The translations under genes and the position numbers were made by a program. From contig NC_092373.1 of NCBI RefSeq assembly GCF_030028105.1, forward strand, positions 37,663,770-37,727,769: a stretch of 64,000 nucleotides of DNA. Reading direction: 5' to 3'. The notes under the pieces were generated by a model. The model did not search any database. It saw only the letters and a program-made list of their open reading frames with translations, and was not told where the DNA came from. The first letter of the stretch is position 1; each line of letters starts with the position of its first letter. This document shows positions 36,501-50,208 of the stretch, piece after piece. This stretch comes from Mobula birostris. Its lineage: Eukaryota.

Positions 36501-38757
36501 CAGAATGAGGAAGAGGTCCCATCCAGTCTACGAACACCCAACTTGTACAATCCATCCCAACGTATGGGATGGATTTTCCAGCCGCTACATGTACGCAGGC
36601 ATCTTATGCTATGTGGGAACTTGGTTCATGGTCACATTTCTGATGAGTGAACCGTTTGGGTTTGAACCCTGCAACAACCTAGGGACAACCTGTACACTGT
36701 TTAGAACTAAGATGATAAGTTTCTCTAATGAATTTCTTGTCCTGAAGGGCCATAAGGGCTTGGTCATTTAATTCAAAACAGATTGTTAGACTTTTGTTAC
36801 GGTAATCATGGGATATGGGGACTGGGCAGAAAAGTGGCACTGAGGCAAAAGATCAGCCGTGTTCTGGATGACGGGCGGAGCAGGCTCAAAACACCAATTG
36901 GCTTAGTCTTGCTCCTATTCCCTACTTTCTTACGAAGGTCCTGGATAGAGTAAATAAGGACCCATTTCCTTTAGTTTAGAGGTAAATCTGAGTGAGATCG
37001 ATTTAAAATAATTAGAATTAAGAGGGATGATGAAGATAATACTTTTTCACTGTGAGGATGGTAGGAGTCTGGAATTCATCTGAAAATCTGGGGACAGCTA
37101 TAACCCTCAGAACATCGAATCATTACTTGGATGTGTACTTGAAGAGCTGTAAACTTCAAGGCTGTGTCCTTGTGGTGAAAGGTGGGATTAGGTTTCTCTT
37201 TGGTGAAGACAGGCACCAATGGATTGAATGGCCTTTAGGTGTTAGGGTTTTCTATGATTGTATTTGTATCGAGAAATAATATAATATTATTCTTCCCAAT
37301 AATTGTTTGACTAACCCAAATAATTGTGCATACATGACCAATAAAAGCAGGAAGAAATGTAACATTCTTAAACCATAGGTTTTTCTAGGATTCATTGTAC
37401 ACATTAATTTACTCTGAAGAGAAAATGAACGGTTTAGACTTGCACTTCCTTATTTTTGATTTTTCTTGTATGACAGTTTGTGTCACCAAGACATTCAGTC
37501 AGCACACAACTTGCTACAAGTGGGATTGGTATGAACAGGTCAATTAGCTAAACTAAAATATCAAAGTATCAGCAATAAACACTATAGAATTAGTTTGAAG
37601 ACCTTTTTAAAACAATATGTAATATAGGGAGCAAAATAAAGATTGAATTGAGAGACAATAAAGATAATAGAATTGTAACTGAAATTGAAGAAGTGAATCT
37701 ACTCAATTGTTAATGTGTTACGGACAGTTCTAATTAAGACTTATTATCACACTGAATAAGGGAAACTTCATACCAGAGTAAGAACAATTTATGTAAAAGT
37801 AAAATTCTGTATCTGTTGGAAATTTGAAACAAAACCATAAAATACTGAAAATATTTAGCTGCCTGAGTAACATCCAGGGAGTAAGAAATGTTGCCTGTTG
37901 ATCTGTCTGTTCTGACAACATTTTATATCAAGTTTAGTTCACTACAGTGAGGCTTTGCAGATTGCAGACCAGGTGCCTGCCACTGGAATTAGTGTAAATG
38001 GGCAAAATGGTCAGCATGGACATGGTGGGCTAAAGGGCTGTTTCTCTGCAGTACAACTCTATTCTGTGGTTCTATGACATAAATATCAGTACCTTTCACT
38101 ATATTTGAATAAAGAATTAAATAAGAAAAGCAGTAAATTCTTTCCATGGGGGGCATGTTTGACTGTTATTTCTATTTCATGTAACCCTGGTGAAATTTGC
38201 TGTGTGGTTTGTATGGAAATATTGTTTGGTGACACTGTTCCCTCTAAGCTGTGCGGGTGAGCACCCGGGGAGTAACTGAAATGCTCCCACGCACATAGCC
38301 TTTGTAGTCATGCAGCTGGAATTTCCCTTTATATAATGTTTTATTAAAGCGCTGTGCAGTTTACAGGCTGGGTTTAAAAACAAGTTCCTGCTTAGTGATG
38401 GTTGGTCCTTGCAGCTGTTTTAAAAAAAAATTAGAGGGAACATTGGTGTTGCTAGCATAATCCAGGTCAGTATCTTTTTGTTTAAGTTTTTTAAACTTGT
38501 GTGTCTGGAACAGCAACGAGCAATGGTGCTAGAAGAACTCAGAAGGTGAAGCAGTATCTTGAAAGGAAATGTTGACACTGGGTTGAAACCTTGCATCAGG
38601 ACAAACACAGGGTTTTGGACTGAAATGTTTTGTATATGTCCAATTTGTCTTTTGCATGTCGGTTATTTGTCAGTCTTTGTGTGCAGTTTTTCATGGATTC
38701 TGTTGTATTCCTTTGTTTTCCTGTAAATGTCTGCAAAAACTGAATCTCAGCATAGTA

Positions 38758-40975
38758 CAGTGGATTCTGATTAATTGGGCCATTGGTTAATTGGCGCGGC
38801 AGTTTATTCGGGGCAATACTTAACAACAACTAATTAAGAAAATAACCAGGATTCCCTTTGTTTATTTGGGACACTATGTCACTAAATTGGGAGAGGAGGC
38901 TGTTGCCAAACAGTTTCTAACCTATGTCAGGTGCTTGCATTTGGGTAGCCGATAGTTTTAAATAGCATCAATTGCGTGTATTTGTGTTCAAAAAGCAGTG
39001 ATTTTTTTGTCTGTGACGGGTGGCAAGAAATAAGCAGTAAGACAATTCAGAGCTGTTTTGCTCACTGTGGTTTCAAGCATTCAGACTTGGAGATGCCAGA
39101 CATGAGAAAGTCTGCAGATGCTGGAAATCCAAAGCAACACACACAAAATGCTGAAGGAACTCTGCAGGTCAGGCAGCATCGATGGAAAAGAGTAAACAGT
39201 CAACATTTTCAGACCACAGCCCTTCTTCAGGACTGGAAAGGAAGGGGAGAAGTCAGAGTAACAGGTGGGGGGAGGGGAGGAAGAAGTACAACGTGGTAGG
39301 TGATAGGTGGAACTGAGGGGGGGGGTGAAGTAAAGAGTTGGGATGTTGATTGGTGAAAAAGGTAAAGGGCTGGAGAAGAGTTATTCTGACAGGAGAAATT
39401 AGAACATGGAAGGGGGGGAGTACTTAGAGGAAAGAGATGGGTGAGAGAGGGTAAAGGGAATATTGAAGGGAGGGGGGCAATTACCAGAAGTTGGAGAAAT
39501 CGATATTCATGCCATCAAGTTGGAGACTACCCAGAAGGAATATAAGATGTCGCTTCTCCAATTTGAGTGTGACCTCATCATGGCATTAGAGGAAGCCATG
39601 GACTGACATATCGGAATGGGAATGGGAAGTGGAATTGAAATGGGTGGCTCAAGGGAGATCTCACTTTTTCTGGTAGGTGCTTGGTGAAGCAGCTTCCAAT
39701 CTAAGTTGGGTCTCACAGATATACAGGAGGCCACACCTGGAGAACTGGATTTAGTACATGACCCCAACAGACCTGCAGGTGAAGTTTTGCCTCACATGGA
39801 AGGATTGTTTGGTGCTCTGAATGGTAGTGAGGGAGGAGGTGTAGGGGCAGGAGTGGCACTTGTTCCACTTGCAAGGGTAAGTGCCAAGAGGTAGTTCAGT
39901 GGGGAGGGACGAGTAGAAGAGGGAGTCGCATTGGGAACGATTCCTGTGGAAAGCGGAAAGTGGGAAGTGAGTTGGTGAGGGGGGGATCCTGTTGGAGATG
40001 GAACAAGTTACGGAGAATTATGTGCTGGATGCAGAAGGCTAGAGGTATGCAGATATGAGTTCAGTGGGGCAGGAACAAGCAGAAGCAATGGGTCTACCTG
40101 GACAGGCAAGTTTAATGGATTTTGGGTAGGAGGCTGAAATGGGAGGAGAGGGGTTAGGGAACTATTAGGTTGGTGGCAGTGGATGGGAGATCTCCAGAGT
40201 TGGTAAGGTTGGGATGGTGTGGGAGACAATGACCTGGTGCTCCTTAGTGGGTCCTGTTCAAGGGGTAAATAACAGGAGGTTTCTGAGAATTGTCACCTGG
40301 CCTCAGCAAGACTTGTCAGTCTACCAGACTTCTGGAGCACCATCCTTTATCTGTGGTTTGATGGTGAGGTTAGGATTGGTGCGGAGAGAGTGAAGAGCAG
40401 TGCGCTCAGAAGGAGTGAGGTTAGATTTGAAGAAAGGAGTGCTACAGTCAGGATGGTTGTTGTCTCATTGGCAGTTAGCAATAAAAAAAGATCTAGAGCA
40501 GGCAGAAGACCAGAGTGGTATGTCTAGAAAGATGGGAGAAACAGCTGAATGAAAATGAATTTCAAGAAGTTAGGAACTACGGAGAATTTGAAGGTATCAA
40601 CAGTCATCTTGAATGTTACAATGAAAGTGAAGATTTGGAGGATGCAATTGTCAAAAACAATTGTATGAAGGCAGTCCGTTATCTGCACGAAGTGTCTGCA
40701 CTATTCATTTACAGTCAATCAAAAGAACATGGCAGTGTACACCAGATGAATTCCTCTGATAACTGTATTAGGAAGTAATACAGTTTTGTAGTTTTGCAGT
40801 AGTATTGGTGGTATAATCTGATGTGTATTTCACTTAAATACATAATTTGTTACTCAGTTAAATGGTAGTTTGTCTTTTTTATGCCTGTTAACTATTTCCA
40901 TAAAACTTTGGCTAATTGCAGTAGCCACTTAATTGGGCCAAAATGGGCTGGTCCCAATGTGTTCCAATTAACCAT
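38758..40975 (+). mobile_element. pogo/Tigger-like DNA transposon remnant split by a Penelope-like insertion
   Basis: TA-CAGTGGATTCTGATTAATTGGG start; WQEISSKTIQSCFAHCGF (pogo C-terminal W...TI..CF..GF motif). A related copy in opposite orientation lies at ~61890-62690. Confidence 0.6.
39105..40530 (-). mobile_element. Decayed Penelope-like element inserted into a pogo/Tigger remnant
   Basis: Homologous to the 12-13 kb element (ttaccagaagttggagaaatcgatattcatgcc...) with frameshifts. The same terminal repeat is at 39105-39240. Confidence 0.8.
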
Positions 40976-43954
40976 ACATGGTAATATGTGTTTGTGTAAT
41001 ATATATATATACACACACACTTCAATAACAAATTTACTTTGAATGAAAATGTCAATGACGACAATGTTAAGATTCCACCTTCAGAAAAAGTTAGCATCAG
41101 TGTCCCTCAAATCAATTTATATTTGCAGTGCCCCCAGATAGGTGCGGTTCACAAAGGAACACTAAATGAAATGTAAAGTGAAATAAAAAACAAATAGAAG
41201 AGTTGTAAACAAGGGTTACCATTCCTCCTTAGATCCTCATCCAATCTTAACTGATTCAAATGACTCAATGTTCTAAACTATAGAAGTCCCATTTTATCTC
41301 TCTTCCATTCTCCTTTACAAATCATCCACAAAACTCTTGGCTCTTTGACAGAACTGCTTAGATCCTTAAAATATGTTCTTTTTATCAATTATTGACCAAT
41401 TTGTTAAAGACCAAGTTACTGCCGTGTTATTTTACAGAATTGCAAGACATTGTTTAATCTTTTATTCCAAAAGTTCAAAACACAATATTGAAGTTCCTGT
41501 TCAGTCTTGTCATAACTAACTTTAAGAACTGTTAGTATCTGAGTTATTTTTACAGAAAAACTGACCCAGTACCTTTTGTAACATATTAAAAATATAGAAG
41601 GAATCAATAGCAGTGTTCAATCATTAGACTGGTGAATAAAGATGATCGTAAAAGAAATCTAATGATTCTGATCTGGTTCACTGAGTGAAATGACCCTACA
41701 TGATGCCAGTTGGTTAGGATTTTGGCAAGGAGTTGGAGATGGAATTTTGACCGAGAGAAGATTAAGATGATTAATCCTCATAGTGTTAGGATCTGTATTG
41801 CAGATTGAGTATAATTCCTGTTTCCAGATCTTAGACAATCTCTCTTCAGAGTTTAAATCTATGTCCTACAGATTGTTTTGGCATGTAGGGCCCCTTATAA
41901 ATGAGATTAATAAAGAACCATAAATGGGGTCAAGAGACAGGTAAAAACACAGACTTATCAATACTTACTGATGTGCCTATTCTTGGATCTTGTTATTCAC
42001 CCCACCATTTCACCAGTGCTTCAAGTTCCAAAATTTACAACTCCTTCCACTTCTACCTTTCTCTCTCTATCTTCAAAGCACTGTTTAAAATCAATTGACC
42101 ATGTGCACCAAAGGTATTCAAGTTGGATCTGCCATTTGTATGGTGAGGTATCTTGAGATGCTTTGCAATGTGTTTACTTTATAAAACGGCATTGTTGTTG
42201 CATAGCACTTACACATTATGTGGCTTAATATTTACCTTGGTGGATTTGTTTGTAAAAATACATGTATATTAATGCATTTGTTTTATACCAAAGATGATGT
42301 GTTATTTGACCAAAGTGCAAAGAAAAACCTGCCTAGGTAAGATGACTTTGAGCTTAAAGATTTTACTGCAAGGAAATTAGATTTTCACAACGACTCCGAT
42401 ATAGTTGCATACACCAAGAATGGTCATTAGTACTGCAAGCCTTTTGTTATACCTAAAATCATAGCTCTGCAAGGAGCGCAATATTGCAATTTAAATCCTC
42501 TAGTAAATAGTGACTAGATAGCATGTTTACTTAAATGTTTTTTTTATAAAACCTCAGAAACATAACAAGTCTTTGAACTTCACCTTGGTTATAAGCAATG
42601 GAAGTCCTGATGGATTGAATAGGTACTTTTGACAGTTCAGTAATTGCCTTAGAAGAATCCTTAGTGGGCCGCACCATATGGATCATCTGTGTCATGAACC
42701 ATATCACTCTGGCCATCTGGGTCATGATATCATTTGCATGATCCATATAACTCATCTTTGTGGGTCAAATGGATCCATACACACACTTTAGGGCGTATCT
42801 TGACTGATGTTTGTGTTTGAGACTTGATTCATTTTGATGAAATGTTCAGAACTCTGCTTAAACTCTCGATCATCTAATTTATCTTCTGATAACTCAGCAA
42901 CTAAAATTGAAGGGGCATGATAGGAAGTTCTTTCTCTCACATAAAAACCTATTATAAGTGTAAGCTGTACAGTTTTTGGTTGCTAATTCCCTATTTGTCC
43001 ATTCAAAACCTTTCATTAATTTTACTCCTCTAAACAAATCATTTAACCCAAGAGGAGGTAAAAAACTGATAATTTGCAAAAAGAGCAAGTATTCATGAAA
43101 AGCTGATTACACAAGTCTTTTCTATGAATTTAATTTATTTTAGGGCACTGGAAGCATCCTTGAAGAAATTTAAATCTGTCATTAGAAAATGAAAAGGAAA
43201 ATAATGAGAATATATTTGTTGTAAGAAATACATATAAAACGTTTCAGATCAAAAAGCTCCTTGTCAGCTCTGGGAGAGTGACAAAACAAGTTAGTTTTAA
43301 ATTGCAGAGAAAATAGGTGAAAGATGGATAGGTCAATAATCTCTGATAAGATGAGGCCATGGAGATAAGTTCGGCCTTCTGACAGTAATGGCCATTTCTA
43401 GTACAGACAGAGAGCATTAAGTTGCCTGAATATGCAGAATTTGATATTAAGTGTTGAAAGCTGTAGTATGCCTGAAAGGAAATGAGGTACTGTTCAGAAA
43501 GCTTGGGTTGAACACCATTTTTAATGTGCAATAGCAGACTTTTGCTGATATATTAGTCCTATTTCTCCCCCTCTCCTTTTGCTTTGCCTGACCTGATGGG
43601 TTTGTTCTTCAGACCTGCATTTCTCACCTTTTCACATTTGCTTGTCTGTATACTCACTCTCTAACCGCCTTTACCCCAGAGCTTTGGATCCATTTCTTTC
43701 ATTCTGACTTCCCTGATTAACTCACCAATCAGATGATCTTTACAATTTTATCCCAAGTCAGGCTTGACCTCAAAGTATCAGAGGTGCTTCCTTTGGCCCA
43801 TCCATTCATAGACGTTTCTTGACCTGCTCACTATCTATGGAATATTTTGTTTTTATTTCATATATCTGGCATTTGCAGCTTTTAAAATTTTCCTTCATCA
43901 GAAAAACACTTTTTAAAAATCTTTCCTCTATGAAAATGTATTATTCAGTAAATA

Positions 43955-45526
43955 CAAACCCCATTTCCAGAAAATTTGGGATATTTTCCAAAATACAATG
44001 AAAACAAAAATCTGATATGTTAATTCACGTGAACCTTTATTTAACTGACAAAAGTACAAAGAAAAGATTTTCAATAGTTTTACTAACCAACTTATTTTTT
44101 GTAAATATGCACAAATTTAGAATTTGATGGCTGCAACACACTCAACAAAAGTTGGGACAGAGTTAAAATAAGATTGAAAAGTGCACAGAATATTCAAGTA
44201 ACACCGGTTTGGAAGACTCCACATTAAGCAGGCTAATTGGTAGCAGGTGAGGTATCATGACTGGGTATAAAAGTAGCGTCCATCAAAGGCTCAGTCTTTG
44301 CAAGCAAGGATGGGTCGTGGCTCACCCCTTTGTGCCAAAATTCGTGAGAGAATTGTTAGTCGGTTCAAAACGAACATTTCTCAACGCAAGATTGCAGAGA
44401 ATTTAGGTCTTTCAACATCAACAGTACATAATATTGTGAAAAGATTCAGAGAATTCAGAGACATCTCAGTGCGTAAGGGGCAAGGTCGGAAACGACTGTT
44501 GAATGCGCGTGATCTTCGAGCCCTCAGGCGGCACTGCCTAAGAAACCGTCATGCTACTGTGACAATTATAGCCACCTGGGCTCGGGAGTACTTCGGAAAA
44601 CCATTGTCACTCAACGCAGTCCGTTGCTGCATCCAGAAATGCAACTTGAAACTGTATTACGCAAGGAGGAAGCCATACATCAACTCTATGCAGAAACGCC
44701 GGTGAGTTCTCTGGGCCTGAGCTCATCTCAGATGGACCGAAAGACTGTGGAACTGTGTGCTGTGGTCAGATGAGTCCACATTTCAGCTAGTTTTCGGAAA
44801 AAACGGGCGTCGAGTTCTCCGTGCCAAAGATGAAAACGACCATCCAGATTGTTATCAGCGAAAGGTGCAAAAGCCAGCATCTGTGATGGTATGGGGGTGC
44901 ATCAGTGCCCACGGCATGGGTCAGTTGCTTGTATGTGAAGGTACCATTGACTCTGAGGTGTATATTAGGATTTTAGAGAGACATATGTTGCCATCAAGGC
45001 GACGTCTCTTCCCGGGACGTCCATGCTTATTTCAGCAGGACAATGCCAGACCACATTCTGCATGGGCTACAACAGCGTGGCTTTGTAGACACAGGGTGCG
45101 TGTGCTTGACTGGCCTGCTGCCAGTCCAGATCTATCTCCTATTGAAAATGTACGGTGCATCATGAAGAGGAGAATGGAGACCACGGATTGTTGAGCAGCT
45201 GAAGTCTTATATCAAGCAAGAATGGACAAAATTTCCAATTGCAAATCTACTACAATTAGTATCCTCAGTTCCAAAAGGATTAAAAGGTGATGTACCACAA
45301 TGGTAAGCATGCCTCTGTCCCAACTTTTGTTGAGTGTGTTGCAGCCATCAAATTCTAAATTTGTGTATGTTTACCAAATACAATCAAGTTGGTCAGTAAA
45401 ACTATTGAAAATCTTTTCTTTGTACTTCTGTCAGTTAAATAAAGGTTCACATGAATTAACATATCACAGATTTTTGTTCTTATTGCATTTTGGAAAATAT
45501 CCCAACTTTTCTGGAAATGAGGTTTG
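43955..45526 (+). mobile_element. Full-length Tc1 (DD34E) DNA transposon with long IR/DR-type TIRs, inactivated
   Basis: TA TSD on both sides. TIRs of ~210 bp (43955-44162, 45313-45526) contain internal direct repeats AAAA(T/G)TTGGGA. TATAAAA at ~44266. Confidence 0.96.
44310..45306 (+). pseudogene. Tc1 transposase pseudogene
   Basis: HTH region, GRKR linker, [14 protein letters not shown] and SPDLSPIE, with 34 residues between the second D and E. In-frame TGA at 44703 and 44718; frameshifting deletion near 45175. Confidence 0.93.
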
Positions 45527-46759
45527 TATAATCATCCTAAAATAAGTTTTTTTTCTGCAACGGCTATACAGTTTCAATCACTTCTAATTTCTCCTACGTT
45601 AACTCTGAAGTTGCAATGGTTTTGTGAAGTGGTACATTACTCAGTGAACCACTGTGTTACAACAGAAACCCAGAAGACAAACAACAAATAAGAACAGACA
45701 CAACAATCTGAAATTTTAAACATCTGTCTCTGGATTTTACTTCTTTGCTTACTTATCATTAATGATTAATATTTAGTCAATAGCAGACTCCTAACAGAAC
45801 CTAGTGATTTGAAAGGATCAATTGGACTTCCAGTCCAACTGTTACATGAATTCCTCTTTCTGTATGTGAATTGCACCTAGCTAACTAAAATCAAACATTA
45901 TTAAATGGATGAAAATTAGCACCCTTTTCCAATTTTCCCTAGCTTCAAAACTCAAAACCACTCCCTCAAATAAAACTTTGGCCTGATAGTTGTGATAAAG
46001 GATTCCGGAAACAGCAATACTTGTACCAATGAACCTTACTCAAAGGACAGAGATCTGATACTGTGTGATTTCAGTCTAGTCACATCTAAGTTCCATAAAC
46101 TCAGAATGAAAGAGAAGCCAGATCATCCATGATCTTATTGAATGGTGGAACAGGCTCAACAGGCCAGATGGTCTACTCCTGCTCCTATATCTTATGTTCT
46201 AAAATATAACAAATGAACTGAGGTCTAGTGTCTTTAACTGTTTCACTTCACCAGGGCAGTAGGATTTCTCCTGAGATTAAGTATCATACAAGATTGGGAG
46301 ATATATATTTTACATATATACAGAGATATATACAGTACTTTATATTTTTTAAAAAAGGGTAAACTGCAGGTAGGACTGATTATAAATAATAGAATAAAAG
46401 CAGTAGAAAGAAAGGAGCTAAGAAACTGCAAAGGGTAGAACACATATTGTCTATTGGCCCATAAACAGTAATGTGAAGTGGTATTAAACGATGGCAGTGC
46501 TTTACTCGGGCTTTCAACCTCTGGTTTTCTCTTTCCCACTTCCAGCCACAACTTCTGCCGCAGATGCTGTTAGTTCCTTCACATTTTGTTGGGCAAGAAG
46601 AAAAACGTTAAATATGTTTGGAGAAAATTAACATTTATTATCCTATTGTCCATAAAGACATTGTGCATGTTACGAACAAAAAGCAAAAGGGACAACTACA
46701 AATTTTAAAGAAACATTTTACTTTGAAATCAGAAATCAAGAAACGTGTTTTGTCTACAG

Positions 46760-46876
46760 ATGTAAAGAAAAGAAGGCATACATGTTTTCCTGGATTGTTC
46801 TGCTTCTTGGGCAATACCAGAAGACGAAGAGAAGACTGGGATGTTAATAACATTCGGAATAGTATTGAACAAGAAG
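46760..46876 (+). CDS. C2orf72: C2orf72 exon 2 (DVKKRRHTCFPGLFCFLGNTRRRREDWDVNNIRNSIEQE)
   Basis: ttttgtctacAG acceptor and AAG|GTAC donor; 117 nt, phase 1-1. Resembles recalled PGLLACF.W....RR.... Confidence 0.8.
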
Positions 46877-47449
46877 GTACATGAAAACGACAATATAACT
46901 TTGTTGAAAGATGTTAAATTTCACATGTAAAAATTTGCTTTTGAAAATGAATTTTCCCTGCACCTCTGCCAACATTTTTCTTTATTTACGTATTTCTTTT
47001 TGATTCAGCATTCATCAGCCTACATAGCAGTGTATTCCAAATCCTAACCAGTCATTGCTTAATATATTTGTTTCTTTGTGTCATCTTTGTTTTTCATTCA
47101 AGTTATTGATTTCTTTTAACCAGTGGAAGCAATTTTTCCTTACTCAGTCTGAATTCTTTATGATTTTAAATATCTTCATCAAATGTTTTCTTAACCTTAA
47201 TTGATGTAAATGTGAAAAACACTAATTTCTCCAACTTGTTCACAAAACTCCTCATTTCTTTTGTGGAACCATTCTGTTAAATATTAAACGTAGCTGTTCC
47301 AAAACCTTCATATCCTTTGTACAGTGTGATGCTAAGAATTGGATCCAGTTCTCCAGTTCGACCACATTGTTTTAAAATACTTATAGCATAACATTTTTTT
47401 GACAACAAAAAGGTTACATGGCCTTGTTATAACTGCCTATTCCATGTTT

Positions 47450-48690
47450 ACTTAGAGCAGTCCATATTCCAAACCTAAACAGACCAATCTCTAACTCATC
47501 CTTCGCTACATCGTTGTGCATTGATGCCACTTCCTGTATCCACGCAGAATCTTATCAATTTTATCACCAACTTCTATTCTGCCCTCAAATTCACTTGGTC
47601 CATCTCTAACACCCCTTTCCCCTTTCTTGACCTCTGACTCTATGTCAGGACATAGATAATCCACCAACATCTACAACAAACATTCTGACTCCCACAGCTA
47701 CCTTGCTACACCTCCTCCCACCCTGTCACTTATATGGATGCCATTCCTCCTTCTCATTTGCTCTTTCTTCGCCACATCGGTTCTTGAGATGAGACCATCC
47801 ATTCCAGGATATCAAAGATGTCTTCCTTTTTCAGAAAACAGGGTGCAACCCAACTATTGTTGATGGAACCCTCACTTGCATCTCCTCTGTTTTCTGAACT
47901 TCTGCCCTCACAGAAAGCGGAAAAGGAATAGAGTTCCCCAAGTCCTCACTTACCAGCCCACCAGCCTATGCATTCCAGCATACCATTCTTCGGACCTTCC
48001 ACCAAAGACATGATCCCACCAGGACCTCATCTCCCCCTCCATAGAGACCACTCTCTCAGTGACTTCCTGTCTGTTCATCCCTCCACACCCATTTCCCTTC
48101 TGTCCCAGGCACTCTTCCTTGTAACCATTTGTCCCTACGCCCCTTCCCTCACCACCATCTAGGCCATAACAGCCCTCCCAGGTGGTGCATATCCCCCATC
48201 TGATGCTCCTGCTGTGGCCTCCTCTACGTTGGCTAGACCGGACACAGACTGGCTGACCACTTTAATGAGGATTTGCACCCCATTTGTTGTGACTTTCTGG
48301 AACTCCTGCTTGCCAGCCATTTTAATTCTCCTCCCCTTTCCCACACCTGCATGCCTATCGTCTGCCTCCACTTCCAAGATGAGGCTAAATACAAACTGTT
48401 GGATCAGCACATACTCTGTCCAGTTAGTTTCAAATCCAATGATATGAACTGAAATTAGAGAATTTACTGTAGCGCTTCCTCCCTGCCCACTTTCAATCTC
48501 ATCCAGATCTACCTGCTCATAGTGTCTCTTTTCTCTTCTCCACCCTCTCCACATGCCCTTCACTCACACACTCCTCCCACTGGTTCTCCTCACCTACTAT
48601 TCCCAACTGTCCTCTCCACCTTCTGTTTCTATCAGATTCTATTATCTTCAGCTCTTTCACTTCCATCTATCACCTCCTAGCTTCTGCCTA
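47450..48690 (+). mobile_element. Decayed Penelope-like element
   Basis: Remnants of L.FTWSISN..L.FLDL, DSHSYL.YTSSHP and RVP.VLTYQP plus the GIY-YIG region, with many indels. Confidence 0.75.
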
Positions 48691-49164
48691 TAAGCCATGA
48701 TCCTAACGAATGGATTTACAACAGAGCCAACCTCCATGAAGACCAGTGCCAATCAGACTTGTAATATCAGCTACCATAAATAAACTTGTGTGTGTGGAAG
48801 TTTGAATGCAAGTATTTTAAATGAGTTGTCTGTTCAATATGTGTTAGGAATTAATTCATGTTAATTCTGCAGATAAATAATTTTGACTAATATAATTATT
48901 CTGCCACAACTTCTGCCCACTCGAGATTAGTTCATTTTTGAGAACCGAAACCTTCTTTAAATACTTAGATAATGTTGGGATGTGGTTTTGCATCATCTTG
49001 AGAACAGTATAAATTATATACATGGTGTGGGCTTGCAGTTATATCTATGGAAAACAGGGGTAGTAGAAAGTAGGTACTGTACCTTAGTCCTTTCCAAGTG
49101 CTAGCCCAAAATATGACTTCGAATTCAACCTCTGGATTGCTAATTGATTGCAACAACATATAGT

Positions 49165-49194
49165 AGAAGAAGAAGAAGAAGAAGAAGAAGAAGA
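49165..49194 (+). repeat. (AAG)n microsatellite
   Basis: agaagaagaagaagaagaagaagaagaa. Confidence 0.9.
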
Positions 49195-49612
49195 ATATCT
49201 TTATTGTCATTGTTGTGGAGCAATGAAACACAGCTTAGCAGCTCAACGTTTTGCAACATGACAAAGAATATGTACACTGAATATAGATATGAATACACTG
49301 AATCCCACTGAATATAGGGCAGCAGACTTGCCTACATGCTGATGTTCCTTAGTTGGGTGTGGATTGTGAAGGGGAGATGATTTTTTTTGAAAAGGTTATT
49401 CCAGTTATAAATAAATATTGAGGATTAGGTTAATTTTTTTTTAAATAACTCCTGCTTATCTTCTGATCATTAGAATTTTTCCTAAAGCAATTTAGACATC
49501 TGGGTGTGTGATAGGTTGAAAATTTTGACTTAATAATTGTTTTAAAAGTCTTCTGTAAAATGAGTTGATGTTGCCTCTTTCCATTTCCCACTGAATAAAT
49601 CTTTTAATTGTT

Positions 49613-49912
49613 GGCGCGTGGTCATGTGGTTAAGGCGTTCATCTAGTGATTTGAAGGTCGCTAGTTCGAGCCTTGGTTGAGGCAGCGTGTGTGTCCTTGA
49701 GCAAGGCACTTAACCACACATTGCTCTGCGACAACAGTGGTGCCAAGCTGTATGGGTCCTAATGCCCTTCCCTTGGACAACATCGGTGGCGTGGAGAGGG
49801 GAGACTTGCAGTGTGGGCAACTGCTGGTCTTCCATACAACCTTGCCCAGGCCTGCGCCCTGGAAACCTTCCAAGGTGCAAATCCATGGTCCCATGAGACT
49901 AACGGATGCCTA
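49613..49912 (+). mobile_element. tRNA-derived SINE with CORE-like domain, apparently full length
   Basis: A-box-like TGGTCATGTGG, B box GTTCGAGCC, and gtgtccttgagcaaggcacttaacc (MIR-core-like). Confidence 0.75.
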
Positions 49913-50208
49913 TATAAATCTTTTATTAATGGTGTGGTCACAGAATGACACAGAGGCATGTTTTCCATATCAGTCCATTTCCCTTCTGACATTCAACTCT
50001 ACCTCTTTGTAAAAAGCCTGACTTCATATCTACTGCTTAAAAAATGGGAAAATATTCTGTTTTTGTCTGTCATATTAATGAGTATGTCAAACAGAATGAC
50101 GGAAAACTGACAATGTGTAAATTTGGAATCTGTATGACTTGCAAACAAATAAATTCATAATCATATTTGAAATAGTATTTCACATTATCTTAATTATACA
50201 TTTTCTAG

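Noticed and set aside
49613-49690. tRNA gene
   Set aside because: A and B boxes are present, but there is no full cloverleaf and the sequence continues into a SINE body.
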